A DNA stretch of 64,000 nt from Octopus sinensis (GCF_006345805.1 NC_043000.1:54560001-54624000), one strand, 5' to 3'. Shown: positions 1-13,832, counted from the stretch's first letter. Made by a program: numbers and translations. Notes: generated by a model not told the origin, from the letters alone.

Positions 1-814
1 ATGAAATAGACAAAGAAAAACCCCAGCAATGGTTGAGAAGCTCAGGACTCAAAGCAGAGACAGAGAGATTTTTAATTGCAGCACAAGACCAAAGCCTCCC
101 ACCAGAAATTACCAAAAATATGTAATGAAAAGAAATATTACAAGTAACTGCAGAATATGTGGTGATGGACAAGAAACAATAAATCATATTATCTCTAGCT
201 GCCCAGTCCTGGCTAAGAAGGAATATTTTCACAGACATGACAGAGTTGGAACCTACATACACTGGAAGCTATGCCAACATTATGGAATAGCAACAGAAAA
301 AAGATGGTATAGGCACACACCAGAAAAGGTCACAGAAAACGAGAAAGCAACCATACTCTGGGATATGCCGATACACACAGATAGAGAACTTAAGGCCAAC
401 AGACAAGATATAGTTGTCAGAGATCATGAAGAAAAAAATGCTTTCTAATTGATGTATCAATACCGGCAGATGACAACGTGTCTCTAAAAGAAATGGAGAA
501 ACTTTCAAAATACAAAGACCTGGAAATAGAGGTAACAAGAATGTGGAATCTAAAAAGAGAAACAATTCCTATCATAGTAGGTGCATTAGGCATGATAAAA
601 AAATATTCAGACAAATACATAACAAAAGCACCAGGACTTACAAACACATATAACATACAGGAAATTGCACTACTAGGCACTGCACACATCCTACGCAGAA
701 CACTTTCCACACAATAACCATCAGAGCATCACAACAAATCACAGCACATACCTAAGGCACACAGAGCTGCGCTCGGTAGTGAAGTGAAAGCACGCTATAA
801 AAATAAAACTACTG
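1..814 (+). mobile_element. Dong/R4-clade non-LTR retrotransposon, 3' end (CCHC knuckle, restriction-like endonuclease, 3' UTR); runs off the window start
   Basis: ORF 29-448 has CRICGDGQETINHIISSC (CCHC), RHDRV and RQDIVV. A 1-nt shift in an A7 run (~432-438) joins it to ...LIDVSIP...KLSKYKDL...LLGTAHILRRTLS (ORF 478-717), the PD..D..K endonuclease end typical of the R4/Dong clade. Followed directly by (AAT)n at 815-910. Confidence 0.9.
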
Positions 815-832
815 AATAATAATAATAATAAT

Positions 833-867
<35 letters not shown>

Positions 868-880
868 CAACAATACTAAT

Positions 881-910
<30 letters not shown>

Positions 911-911
<1 letters not shown>

Positions 912-1459
912 TATGCAGTACCAGGCAGTGGTTCTCATGGCTTCTCATATTAAAAGATTGGAAGTGACATCATGTACATTGTTTTGTCTTGGTATAAAAG
1001 ATGGGCTACAGCAAATACTCTGCTGAATACCACAGAGTTGCTTCTCACTTCCTTGACCTTAACCAGTTGAGCATATCCCTTTGTGGCTGATGATACGTGC
1101 ATCTTTGATCACGAGCAGAAGATGTGTGGGTGCATCATATCCATGTGCTGAGAGGAATTCTTTGGGGTTTGGATAATTCACTCTTGGAAACATGGGTGTT
1201 TCGTTCATCATCGTTAAACAGAACTTATTAAGGGACCTTTTGAGCAAGGTGGGTTACTCGACCTGAAACAAATTCTATCTAAGCCCCACCTGCAAGGTCA
1301 TGCGCGGTTTATCTTGATATAAGATCACCATGTCGCGCAAATATGTTTGTAATGCATGTGCCTAGAGTGCCCTTAACAGACGGGTAGTCATGATAGGTAT
1401 ACTGGGTTCGTATATTTTACTCCAAGGTCACTTTGATGGCATGCACTGTTCTCTCACTC

Positions 1460-1460
<1 letters not shown>
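911..1460. mobile_element. ~550-bp non-coding element embedded in (TAA)n, unclassified
   Basis: Complex, GC-richer block with sharp borders and (AAT)n on both sides; no credible ORF. Confidence 0.45.
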
Positions 1461-1556
<96 letters not shown>

Positions 1557-1697
1557 GTTATTATTATTATTATAAGACGAAGAAGAAGGCGAAGAAGAAG
1601 AAGAAGAAGAAGAAGAAGAAGAAGAAGAAGAAGAAGAAGAAGAAGAAGAAGAAGAAGAAGAAGAAGAAGAAGAAGAAGAAGAAGAAGAAGAAGAAAA
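1461..1697. repeat. Compound microsatellite (AAT)n-(ATT)n-(GAA)n
   Basis: Read directly; explains the polyN/Y/K ORF 1433-1789. Confidence 0.97.
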
Positions 1698-2402
1698 CTT
1701 GTTGCTACTTATGTTGGTGTTGCTGCTCCTGCTACTTCTATGCTGCTGGTTTACGACATACTGCTAGAATGATTAATATATTTCTTTAAATTTCTTTTTA
1801 CGTTCAAACATCTATCATCTGTCAAAATTTCTTTTTTAGAAATTCAATACCACTCTTTTCAAATATATTATACCGATGTAGGTAGTTGTGTTTCAGATAA
1901 ATCTTGCAGTAATATGTTTATACAATAGAACTGTCTGTTGATAGGGCCATGAAAGTAACACTATTTCAGAAGCTATCAATTTTTTTTTAATACCAATGGT
2001 GTACACAGAAAAAAAACTATCATTCAAGCAACGTGATTAGACTTTAAAAAAATATAATTTATGCTTTTACATGAATTGTATCAGGTAATATTTGTAGCTT
2101 CAGCAAATGAGTTGTGCATTTTTAATTCAACAATGAATAAATTGACGATGAAATATTTGTAAAATGATTATATATATATATATATATATATATGATATAT
2201 ATATCTTGTTCGTTGGCACTGTCTGTCACACATCTTTTTTGCACATAGACATACATGCTAACTTTCAAAATAAAATATATATGTTTGAATGCGTATTTTG
2301 TGTGTTTGTGTCTACGTATTTTGTATGCATGTACATATACACTCACACAGACGCGTGCACCCACACACACGCACACAAACACATATTATATACACATATA
2401 TA

Positions 2403-2433
<31 letters not shown>

Positions 2434-2559
2434 ATATAAAAAGTAAAATAATCAAACAACTGAAAACCACAGAGCTCAAAATTGAACACCGACCATACCA
2501 TCCCAAAAATCAAAATAAACGAAACAACAACACCATTTATAAACAGCATATACCTAGCC

Positions 2560-2680
2560 GTCATGGAACTTTTCAGGGTTACTTTGGCGCATTTTTCTAA
2601 TCCAAATTTCATATCTATTTCTTTGGTAAATCCATGAACTCTCTTTAATAGTGGTTCTAGCTGTTTGTCATTTGCAGCGT
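2560..2680 (-). mobile_element. Dong/R4 reverse transcriptase fragment
   Basis: Minus strand reads YAANDKQLEPLLKRVHGFTKEIDMKFGLEKCAKVTLK, matching the post-YxDD 'GMEFGLDKCAK' motif of this clade. Confidence 0.8.
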
Positions 2681-2711
2681 ATATATATATATATTATATA
2701 TCATACATATA

Positions 2712-2763
<52 letters not shown>

Positions 2764-3503
2764 ATATATATATTATATATATATAATATATATACTATAT
2801 TATATATATATATATACATGCACACGTACATATGTTTGTTGGTGTATGAGTGAGTGATTGTGTGTGCGTGTGTGTTTGTGTGTGTGTGCATGTGCTACAT
2901 CTTTGAAGGATATATTCTTGTTATACAGGATCCGGATTACTTGAAAAACAGCACCTAATTATTTGATGCATAAAAGAAACAAAAGAGGCAACTTACATAG
3001 CATTGACCATTGCGTTCTATACAGATTTCAGGTGTAAGTTTTGAACGATATCATAAACAGCTACCCCAAATTGCCTACGCATTTTCACCTACACATGGCC
3101 AAGAATGTATTTAATACAAATCGAAGATACATTCACGGAAATAAGAGCTCGTGTTTAAACACTTGCATATTGTAGTTCCATCATACCCGACAATGAGGAA
3201 ATATATCGTGCTGTACACATATACATAATTCTAATGGTAAGGTACATAGATTTCAGTGGAATTATAAGAGTGATCCCCGTAAACTATTGAGGAACTCAGT
3301 TTATTTAACTGCTGACGTAGTACCAAAATCAAGAATCAAAACGCCGCAAAAGCAGAAAGTATACAAGCGATTTGAAAATTGTCTTTACAAACCCTTAATG
3401 TCAATACAAATAAGTATAGAAACCCTTGCGGGCGTTAAATCTGAAGTATGTGTATGTAAACTATCTCATATTCCATCTCTGTCTCACTCTCTTCATTTGT
3501 ATG

Positions 3504-3543
<40 letters not shown>

Positions 3544-4744
3544 CGTGGTGAGTATATGCCTATGTCTGTGTAACAACATATGCGCACAACGGTAAAAACT
3601 TAGAAATTAACACAGACGTAGTTGATTATTTTCTAACATATTAAACTTCCTTGGTTTCGATTCTCAAATCCCTTAAGAAACTGAATCAGAGGAAGAGATA
3701 AAAGTATTGTATTTTTAATGCGAATATCATGACAGAATTTAAGTATATTAAAATACAATCTAACACGTATATTTTATTTTTCTGTCGCTTAATTTTTCTG
3801 CTTTTCATTCGCTATCTTGATGTTCTTATATGTAATTCTGGGAAATTTCTTTTTATTTATGTATATGTTTGAATACGTTTCACTTATAAATGTATTGCCC
3901 TTCTTTTGAATGTTTAGCTTTAGACTTATTACTTTAATCAAGGTAACACATCAATTTTATGACACCTATGCTGTCATACAACTGTCCTTTGTTTCGTTTC
4001 TTTATCGTAAAAGTTTATGTCAGCTTATAAATGCAAATCTGTGCATTTTAAAGTTCTTCGTAAAATGTTGTTGCTACGAAAAATATTTTACAGAAAAAGA
4101 TTCTCAAACAATGTTTGTCCTTTCAATGGTATAAAAAACTAATTTTCATGGTGTATATCATCAAATGTGCCATAAGACCAGCTTGAATATTCGTAGTAGT
4201 ATCCAAAAGTTCTGCAAGCAGGCTTAAATAAATGAGATGACTGATCAAGTGAATAACGTAATTCGGATTTTATTTGTTTGGAGGCAAATGCCATATAATT
4301 CTAAATGCTTCCTTGAAGTACACCACTCTAATGTAAACCAGTTCTTTCTTCCAATCCTCAAAAGACTTGAGGAGTTCCCCTACCTGAAGGTAATACCATG
4401 CTATCTACGATTCTGTTTGAATTCCCTGTACACTTACGACGTGTCACCCATATGTCTTTGATTTGATATGTCAAATAGAGCAAAATCATCGGAATATAGC
4501 CTAGGAAGGTACATAAGCTAAGTAACGACGAGTATTTTATTTTGAAACATGATGCCAACTAACGTTTTCTGTAACATTTTCGTGATAGAGTCTCACTGAT
4601 TTCAATTTTGGTATATGGTTTCGCAGCCTTGTAGCATTTAGGTACATTACCATACTCAAAATTTAATAAACATTGAATATAGTAACACCTTCCGAAGTAG
4701 TGTAATGTGATTTTGCGAAATGTGCATTTTTCATAACCGGATTA

Positions 4745-4953
4745 AAAAGTGTGTTATATAAAGTGTGTTACAAATACAATATTTTGTACGTTGCACAAAA
4801 GTGTGTCATATAAAGTGTGTTACAAATACAATATTTTGTACATTGTACAAAAGTGTGTCATATAAAGTGTGTTACAAATACAATATTTTGTACATTGTAC
4901 AAAATTGTGTCATATAAAGTGTGTTACAAATGCAATATATTGTACATAGTACA
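4745..4953. repeat. 52-bp minisatellite, 4 copies
   Basis: Unit aaaagtgtgtcatataaagtgtgttacaaatacaatattttgtacattgtac starts at 4745, 4797, 4849 and 4901. Confidence 0.95.
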
Positions 4954-6092
4954 ATCCGGGCTTCATCTGGTGCCTCTTCTAATTGGTAATAGTTTAAAGA
5001 AATTCGAACTGAACATTTTATTGGATACATGGAAATGAACTGTTTTCATTCAGGTATTCATAACTTGATTTTCTCGCAACAGTTATTTTCTCATTTTATG
5101 TCGTTCACTCATGCGGCTTGAACTAGCGTTATCATGCTTGACTACATCAATATTTGAACGCACGCCGAGTAGATACAGTACTTCACTTATCACTCAATGC
5201 TTAATCAATGATTACGATCACTACTCATCTTCTACTAGGACAATTCGGCAATGGAAAATACAAGCCTTAAACAACTATTTTATGTTCATAGGCTTAACTT
5301 TTTTCCCAATTAATTAAGGATCTTCCCGTTCATCTCTTGGCTAAATCTACAATGGTTAGGAATCTCAGTATGTCCAGCTTTATGTTTGAATATGTGAAAT
5401 GACATGATGATCAATTAAAACCTTACCAGTGCCGTTACACTCATCCACACTGCTTTATAGTGGAATGTTCACAAGTTTTCATAGGCCTTCGAGGTAATTG
5501 GCGGTGTTTTATGCTTTTGAAACAAGAAATTATTAGACACTTGCTAATAAAATACGTATAAATATTTTGACATCATTCTTCTTGAAGACAGACTCATCAC
5601 AAGCAATTCGCGTCCCAACAGACTCATTTCCTTTCTGAGATATAGTAATATTTTATTAATCTTAATCCACTTCGAGTACAATACCATATTAAGAGTTACA
5701 AGGGAATTCTGTGTGATATTGATTATTTCTTTTATCTTGTTTTATTTAGCCGAATAAATCCAATTGTATTTGGGAAAATGTTTTATTGCTATTATTCTTT
5801 GCTTTCCCGAAATACATAACTAGGCTCAATAATACACACCTCTTGGAATTTGATAGTTTAGATCACACTCACTCTCTAAAGGCTGGATTTTCAAAGAAGC
5901 ACTCTGACAGGTTCTAACTATATTATTCACACTACGCACCAAACATATTCCCTGTATATCTGTAACAAACATTGCAACTATTTTCCTCTTGTGCTGCTTA
6001 GTTGTATTATTGTGCTTGTTCTGTGGCCGGACTGTTTAGTCTGCGTTATACCAACAGAGGTAATAACTCAAAGGGTGAAAATATACATAGAG

Positions 6093-6133
<41 letters not shown>

Positions 6134-6969
6134 GAAGAGAGAAAAGAAGAGACAAAAGGAGAAACAGAAATAATGAAATCAGAGAAAAAAATATAAAGAG
6201 AAAAACTAGAAAAAGCGAGAGATGTAGCGGTACGGATAGTTCCTATATTATTTTGCACTTGTGTGCACAAATCGCAAGCATAAGTTCTATGTTTAGCATA
6301 ATGAAGCAATATTGTGTAGATATATACATTTATGCAATAAAAGATATAACCATAGATAGGGAATTTAATTTGTTACACCTAGAGCAAAGAGCATTTAGCT
6401 TTTACGTGTTTAGGACCGAAGACTGGTATCAAGCTGGGACACCGCCATTATTCATTACTTTCTATTTAAATGCTTATCGGTATTTTGAGAGTACACGGAT
6501 ACATACACCGACAGCAGGAAAAGTAGATATCGGTTAATTAGATAGAGAAATAGATAAATAGATAGATAGATATGTGAGCCTAGAGATATACCAACAGATA
6601 TGCGGATAGAGATTCTTATTAATAGATAGCTGAAATGAAAATAAAATGTTATATTTAAAAGTAGAGTTTTAATTAATTGGCAGGTTCTTAAAAAAGATGT
6701 TGGAATTTATTCCATATGTTTAACATCCTTTCTACTATAAGCAAAATACAGGAAATTTTAGGGGAGTAGCTAATCAATAGCAACGATTCAGGAGCTTCAC
6801 CAGTACTTACATGATCCATCCCGATAAGACGAGCAGCCAAGTCAGCCATGGCGCAGTTTCCACGCAGAACGTAAAGATGAACAGAATGCCTGACACTGTA
6901 ACGATTCTGCAGTTTGCCCTACACTGTAACGATTCTACCACCTCAATGCCCTTCTTTTGAGCTTATATA

Positions 6970-7170
6970 TTGGTTTTAAATTTTGGCATAAGGTCAGGAA
7001 ATTTGGGGAAGATATATGTCGATGACAACGACCCCAGTGTTCAACTGGTACTTATCATACCGACCCCGAAAGGATGAGACACTGGTTGCATTTGGACACA
7101 GAAGGTAAAGTCAGAAGAATGTCGCTAATCATTTTTGCGCCCTCGGCAACGATTCTGCTAGTTCGCCGTT
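6970..7170 (-). mobile_element. tRNA-derived SINE (Meta-domain-like family), degenerate
   Basis: Reverse complement of the family motifs (..cctttcggggtcg..aagtaccagttgaacactggggtcg..) seen intact at 13057-13285. Confidence 0.7.
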
Positions 7171-7279
7171 TTGTTCTGTGTTTAATATATTAATATAGTA
7201 TGCAACGTCGAGCCAAGTTAGAACTTGGATGGCTGACCTTTCGGGAAACTGTGGGGCTGTAAGCATCTCATTTTCTTTT

Positions 7280-7455
7280 AAGGCGCTGAGTTGGCAGGAT
7301 CGTTAGCCCGCCAGGAAAAATGCTTAGCTGCATTTCATCTGTCTACGTTCTGAGTTCAAATTTCAGCGTGGTTGACTTGGCCTTTCATCTTAGATGTAAT
7401 CAACTTATCCCCCACCTTCGAAATTACTGGCCTTATTCCAAAATTTGAATCCAAT
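7280..7455 (+). mobile_element. tRNA-derived SINE (same family), internally deleted
   Basis: aaggcgctgagttggcaggatcgttagc...gttctgagttcaaatttc...gacttggcctttcatc. Confidence 0.75.
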
Positions 7456-8700
7456 GTATAATGTTTAGAAATATGCTGAATTACACTGCTAGTCTACATA
7501 AACACTTTATTTAGTCTATATAAATGCTTTATTTGGTTGGCCTTTATCAATGGAAAAGTTACATTCTCAGATTCGGTACTTGTCCTCTGCCTGTTCATTC
7601 TACTCAACTAATATGCTTATTTTATAGTTAATTTTCTTTTTAGGTAAAAACCATCCTACAATGCCTATTTTTTGAAATATATAATTTCATGTTTTTGAAT
7701 TAATTGAATAGCATACTTTACCCGTTTTGATTTTTAATTATTCTCACGTTAATATCTTTATATGTTAACTTCACATGCCGAACCTGTTTCATTTTGGTGT
7801 AATAGCTCTCAAACATTTTCGAAAACAAACACATTGAAAGTGACTGCACTATACTGGAACCCTCTATGCTCCGGTTCAGCATGTTCATGTGGTTTTCTTT
7901 TTTGATGGGGGAATGTCGGTAATGTTTATATATGTTATGTTTGTTTATTCTCGAAAGCCGGCCTACTATTTAATTTACAGATCTCTTTATGCATTTCCTT
8001 TTCAAAATTTTACATATTTACCATTCATTATTCCAAACTGACCTCGTGAAAGATGCGTAGCTTGTAATACCTATTGAAGTTGAAATGTTTGTGGTTGCAT
8101 TTTATTGCAGCCAACCAAAGCGCGGAGTGGAATAGATCAACGATAAAATCAACATCCTCTCACCTGCATAGCATAAAAAATAGGTCGCACATGAAATAGT
8201 ACATTCATATGTCAGTTAAATTCAAGACATAAGTTCCAGTGTAGTCGAAAAAGAAAACAACAGAAACGCATAATAATTTTTAAAGAAATACTCAAATTTA
8301 TTATGGCTGTAGCGACAAAACATTTTCAAAGAAAAGCATTGCGTGCATTTTGTTGTCGCTAAGGTTTAAACTTGTTCGAAATTATTATACTTTCAGTATA
8401 ACATCTTGTTTGGTAAAAGAAAATATGTCCAAATATCATGTTAAGAGAGAATTGTGCTTCAGGTAACAATGTTAAAGTCTAACATGGCATCTTCATTATA
8501 TCATTACAACTAGAAATTTTCTAAAACTCTAGAAAATTCGCGCAGCTGAAACTGAAAACGAAAATGAGAAAGAATATTCACTTCCTATCTAGATGTTGGA
8601 ATGACACGTTTCATGTAACATTATTTGATTTTAAACTGAGACCAACTTGTACTGGAGTTACGATATATTTTGTTACAAAATACAAATGAAAGAGAAAATG

Positions 8701-9135
8701 CGGTTCTTTTCAATTTGAACGGCAGTTTTTAACATAATTTCTAGGTAAATAAAAAATTGCAAACTTCGTATAATGGTAGAATGTATTTATAAAACATCTT
8801 TTTCTCTTGGCTTTATTAAGAAAATTCTATTGTTTGTAAAATATTTGTAGTTTTTTTTCTTCAATTTCTACAATTTCAACCAATTAATGACGTATTTGTG
8901 AGGTGAAAATATTCTGTGCCGTATGAATATGTCCCTCGTTTAAGAAACAGATTGGGTTTATTTACATTTGTGAAGAAAAAAATGATACCCTTCTCTCCAT
9001 CCCTAACCCTAACCCTGACCCTAACTAACCCTAAAACAGATTGAAATGCAATAGATCGATACTAGGGTCATAATTATGGGTGACAATTTCATATGACACC
9101 GCTAGAAAAACTGCCGTTCAAACTGAAATGATCCG
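8701..9135. mobile_element. MITE with 30-bp TIRs, 6-bp TSD and internal (CCCTAA)n
   Basis: TIRs at 8701-8730 and 9106-9135 (27/30 match); aaaatg flanks both ends; telomere-like ccctaa run at ~9001-9034. Confidence 0.85.
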
Positions 9136-9734
9136 AAAATGCCTCTACAAGAAATCAATCATCAGAATAAGATTGTAAAATATTCCATTGAAATTACTTT
9201 TCATCCATTTTTTTTTTTTCATAGACTTCTTACGAAATGCCTGAGTAGGTAATGATTTTCACTACTTATTGAAATATGTTTGCTGTTTCCAAACTGAAAA
9301 TGACCGATGAGCTGTGTCAGAATTTTCAGTGAATGTAATGATCTGTAATTTAAGTTTTAAAATGTTTGGAATAATTGACGAGCTTATGCAGCTCAGTAAA
9401 CGTTTAGTTTCTATTTAATTTTCTTGTGCATATAGAAAATACTGAACTTACCATTGGTATCCAATAGAACATTCAGTAATTAGAGACAGTTTTTTAATCA
9501 TGCAGAACTTAACTGCAACAACGTAAGGTGGGACAAATTTAAAGCTGTTGTAAAAGACCATTATGAAATAGAAAATACTACGATACGCTTGTCAGAAGGT
9601 ATAAATGTTATTTATTAAAACATCCAAATAATAACGTCACAAAATCAGCTTTTAAAGAACGGGATCAGAAAACAATTGACTATGATGTATTTTATGCTTA
9701 TTTGCTTCTTCCTTTAATAGAAAGCCTCTTCAAA

Positions 9735-10020
9735 TTCCGCCAAGATCGACTTTGCCTTTAATCCTTTTGCGATCGATAACATATAAGTACCAGTTGAGCA
9801 GTAGAGTCGATTTAATCGACTTACCTATTCCTCCAAAATTTCTGGTCTTGCGTCAAGATTTGAAACTAATATTAATCATTCTCTTATTTCGGCGAGGTCG
9901 ACTTCGCCGTTCATCCTTTCATTGTCGATAAAATAAGTACCAGTTGAGCACTAGGTCAATGTAATCTGTTTACCCCATTTCCACGAACTACTGGTACTGT
10001 ACCAAAATTTGAAACCAATA
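9735..10020 (+). mobile_element. Two adjacent partial Meta-like SINE copies
   Basis: gactttgcc...cgataa...aagtaccagttgagca occurs at ~9750-9800 and again at ~9900-9952. Confidence 0.7.
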
Positions 10021-10273
10021 TTAAGCCTCCCTCTTATGCGTAAATTTCATTTTATTTTACGTATGATTAGATATGTATGATATCAGAATTTCACAAACGC
10101 TTTCAGAATATTGAATGATGGTTTATATGCTGTATGCAATATTTGGTTAACAAAACAACTCATTCAAATTCTGAAAATGATTTTCTTCAAGAGGTTGAAA
10201 TTATTAATCTAATTGCCTGTTTAGATAACAAAAATTCCAATTACAGGGTATACAATGTATATGTTATATATAT

Positions 10274-10305
<32 letters not shown>

Positions 10306-10536
10306 CGTTACTGTATATATATAAGAAAATGAAATGTACATAGGTAAGTACAAAATGAAGAAACACATTCACTCAACCCCACATAAGCATACACAAGTAC
10401 ACACACTAACACACACACACACCCATATATATATATATAACATTTACATACATTGCATTAACTTACACATATATACTGCTTCTATAAAATATCCCTGTAT
10501 TCTATATATATATCTATGTATATTATTTACATATAC

Positions 10537-10589
<53 letters not shown>

Positions 10590-10604
10590 TCACACACACA
10601 CACT

Positions 10605-10645
<41 letters not shown>

Positions 10646-11644
10646 TTACAGACACATATATACTTATTAACTCAACATAAACTGGTTCATGCCCATTCTT
10701 TCAGCAATTTTTTGACAAGCATGTTATTTGCTCACTCAATTAAAGACTACATGCTTTTTACTTGGTTTTGAAACTTTGCTATTTTGTACACATAAACATA
10801 ATAAATAATCAAATAAAATACCCTCTTATCGTTTGTGTCAAACATATCCATTATTATTATATATTAGTATCATAAAGAAAACATCTGCGCCTATGAGACA
10901 AGTAGAAATTTTCTTCTTGGCCGTAAACGAAATCGCTATTTTTCTTTATATAATAGGAGATTGTATGTTTAAATTTGAAAATCCTGTAGCGCTGATTATT
11001 AGAAGTAAAAATGATATGAGTAGGAAAGAAAAAAATGTAATATTTCTATATTTTCCTGTTTAATTTTTAGATTTATGTTTCATACATTTAATTGTGGCGG
11101 CAATTTCATCGACAGAAATCTAAGAAATTGTAACTTTTATAATACACCGGTTCCCCCATGTGCTAAAGTAGCAAGATCAGTACAAATATGACATATGTGT
11201 TACGCAGCTCAAATATCTAATAGAGAAATTCTACACGAGAGTGAAAATAATGTATATTCGTTTCTGATTTTACAAGCTATATTACATTGATGATTAATAT
11301 CATGGGTCACTACATTAAGACAACAATGGTGGGAATCACGTTATTATATGTGCTTAAAATACATTAGCATGGCCAGCATTCGTCAATGCAATGTAAAGGT
11401 CAAATTAACCGGAAATAATTTTGACAAAGAATCTCTGAAATTTCAATCGTCGGTGTAACAGTAACATATCAGAATAAATTAATGTGTGTGTGCGTTGGTG
11501 TGTGTGTACGGTCGTGTGTGAGTGTGAGTATGTACGTATACGTATATATTTATTCCCAGTACTTGACACGTATACATACAAAGTATTGGGATTTAGTTCA
11601 CAGGTGATCTAAACGACTAGGTACGCTAGGTAAGTGCTGTAAAG

Positions 11645-11679
<35 letters not shown>

Positions 11680-11680
<1 letters not shown>

Positions 11681-12090
11681 ATAATGTCATTATTTAATGA
11701 TTTATCGTTAGCCAGCATACTAACCAGGCCATAATGGTTAATTTATATATAAATATAAGTATTATAATTATACAATATAATTATAATAATGACACTGAAA
11801 CGACAACGCCTGTACGCTAGAAGTAGACCCCAAATGGTCTACAAGCGACTTAAGTTATTACTCCATTACCACAATGTTGTATGCGAGGATAATGGACAGA
11901 AAGGGTTTAGAAAATATTGGGGACAACCCCATATCTCAAGATTTCGTGTGGGTTACCGTATTAAAATCGTTTTCTATTCTCCAATAGTGTAATGAATCGT
12001 AAATAAATGAGAAATATATATACATACCACAGTTATACAGTCGTACAAATACGAGCATATACATGCATTTCACGGACACCACATATATAC

Positions 12091-12148
<58 letters not shown>

Positions 12149-12300
12149 GGAGTGGTAATAATTAAAATACCATCACAATTATCAGCCGTACAGGCAAATA
12201 AATAAAATATATACATATAATATTAGATATGTACATATATACACAAGGGTACTACATGAGTACCTATATCGCTAATGACAGAAGTCAACACACACACACA

Positions 12301-12351
<51 letters not shown>

Positions 12352-12356
12352 TATAT

Positions 12357-12423
<67 letters not shown>

Positions 12424-12983
12424 TATGAAGCAAGAACCCGAGCGTCCATTTTAACCATGCAGTTACTTACTTAGAATAATTCTACAGCAAATAAGTTTGG
12501 GTAATGAATTATTATATATTTACACATAAATAGGATAAAGTCATTATTTAATGATTTATCTGTGGCCAGTGTACTAAGAAGACCATAACGGTTAATTTAT
12601 ATTTAAGTATAAGTATACAATATAATTATAATAAGGGCGCTGAGACGACGTTCGGGTTTTTGCTTCGTATAAATATGTGAATTGCGTATAATGCTCGTTT
12701 TTGTACGACTGTATATCTGTGGTATGTATATGCATTTCTCATTTATTGAATATTGGTTTACAATACTGAAAAGTGGAAAACGAGTTTTTATATCGTAAAC
12801 CACGAAATTTTGTGATACACTATTGTCCATAATATTTTATAAACCCTTTCTGTCCATTTCCCTCACATACAACGTTGTCGTAATGAAGTATTAGCTTAAG
12901 TCGTTTCTAGAAAATTTCGGGTCTAATTCTAGCACACGGCGTTGACATATCAGCGCCCTCATAACTATATTGTATAATTATAG
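11680..12983. mobile_element. Two oppositely oriented copies of an unclassified TIR element
   Basis: 11765-12075 is the reverse complement of 12670-12983 (~80% by eye). 11681-11800 is repeated directly at 12535-12652. The second copy is bounded by tatacaatat...gggcgctga inverted termini. Confidence 0.7.
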
Positions 12984-12985
12984 TT

Positions 12986-13020
<35 letters not shown>

Positions 13021-13056
13021 TACACACACATAAACACACACACACATATATAGAAG

Positions 13057-13285
13057 GCGGCGAGCAGGCAGAAACGTTAGCACGCCGGGCGTAATGCGTA
13101 GCCGTATTTTGTCTGCCGTTACGTTCTGGGTTCAAATTTCGCCGAGGTCGACTTTGCCTTTCATCCTTTCGGGGTCGATAAATTAAGTACCAGTTACGCA
13201 CTGGGGTCGATGTAATCGACTTAATCCATTTGTCTGTCCTTGTTTGTCCCCTCTATGTTTAGCCCCTTGTGGGTAGTAAAGAAAT
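13057..13285 (+). mobile_element. Full-length tRNA-derived SINE (Meta-domain-like) with 11-bp TSD
   Basis: A/B-box head (ggcagaaacgttagc; gggttcaaatttc), central gtcgactttgcctttcatcctttcggggtcgataaa domain resembling the Sauria/MetaSINE core, TSD atatatagaag at 13046-13056 and 13286-13296. Confidence 0.85.
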
Positions 13286-13350
13286 ATATATAGAAGAGGG
13301 AGGTGGAAAAAAGCACGGAAGTAAGGCTAAAACATCTTTTTCAGCTGAAT

Positions 13351-13382
<32 letters not shown>

Positions 13383-13534
13383 GTGTGTGTGTGTGCGTGA
13401 GTGTGAGTGTGTGTGTGTGTGTGAGTGTGTTAAATGAATGACGGAAGACGAAATATACGAGAATTTATTATTAATCACAATTGTGAAAGTGACCATTAGC
13501 TACCAGTTGTAAACCATTCGTTTTATTATCCATG

Positions 13535-13566
<32 letters not shown>

Positions 13567-13832
13567 GTGTGTGTGTGTGTGAGAGAGAGAGAGATGTGTG
13601 TGTGTGTGTGTGTGTGCGTGAATGTGTGTGTATATGTGTGTGTGTGTGTGTATTTAGAAGATAATGACTTGTACATGAGACCTATCCATTAATGTAATCC
13701 TAAAATTCAAATGATGCCCATACACTCATACACATTTGTCTGATAATAAATAAGAAGGCAACTAATATAGCATGCATTTTACTCTATTCACCATGCTTTC
13801 CAATTATTGTATACAATGCTTCCGCTGCTATA

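Noticed and set aside
4270-4400. Minus-strand LQVGELLKSFEDWKKELVYIRVV, faintly like a MULE/ZSWIM3 N-terminus
   Set aside because: About 40 codons, flanked by stops, with no further motifs.
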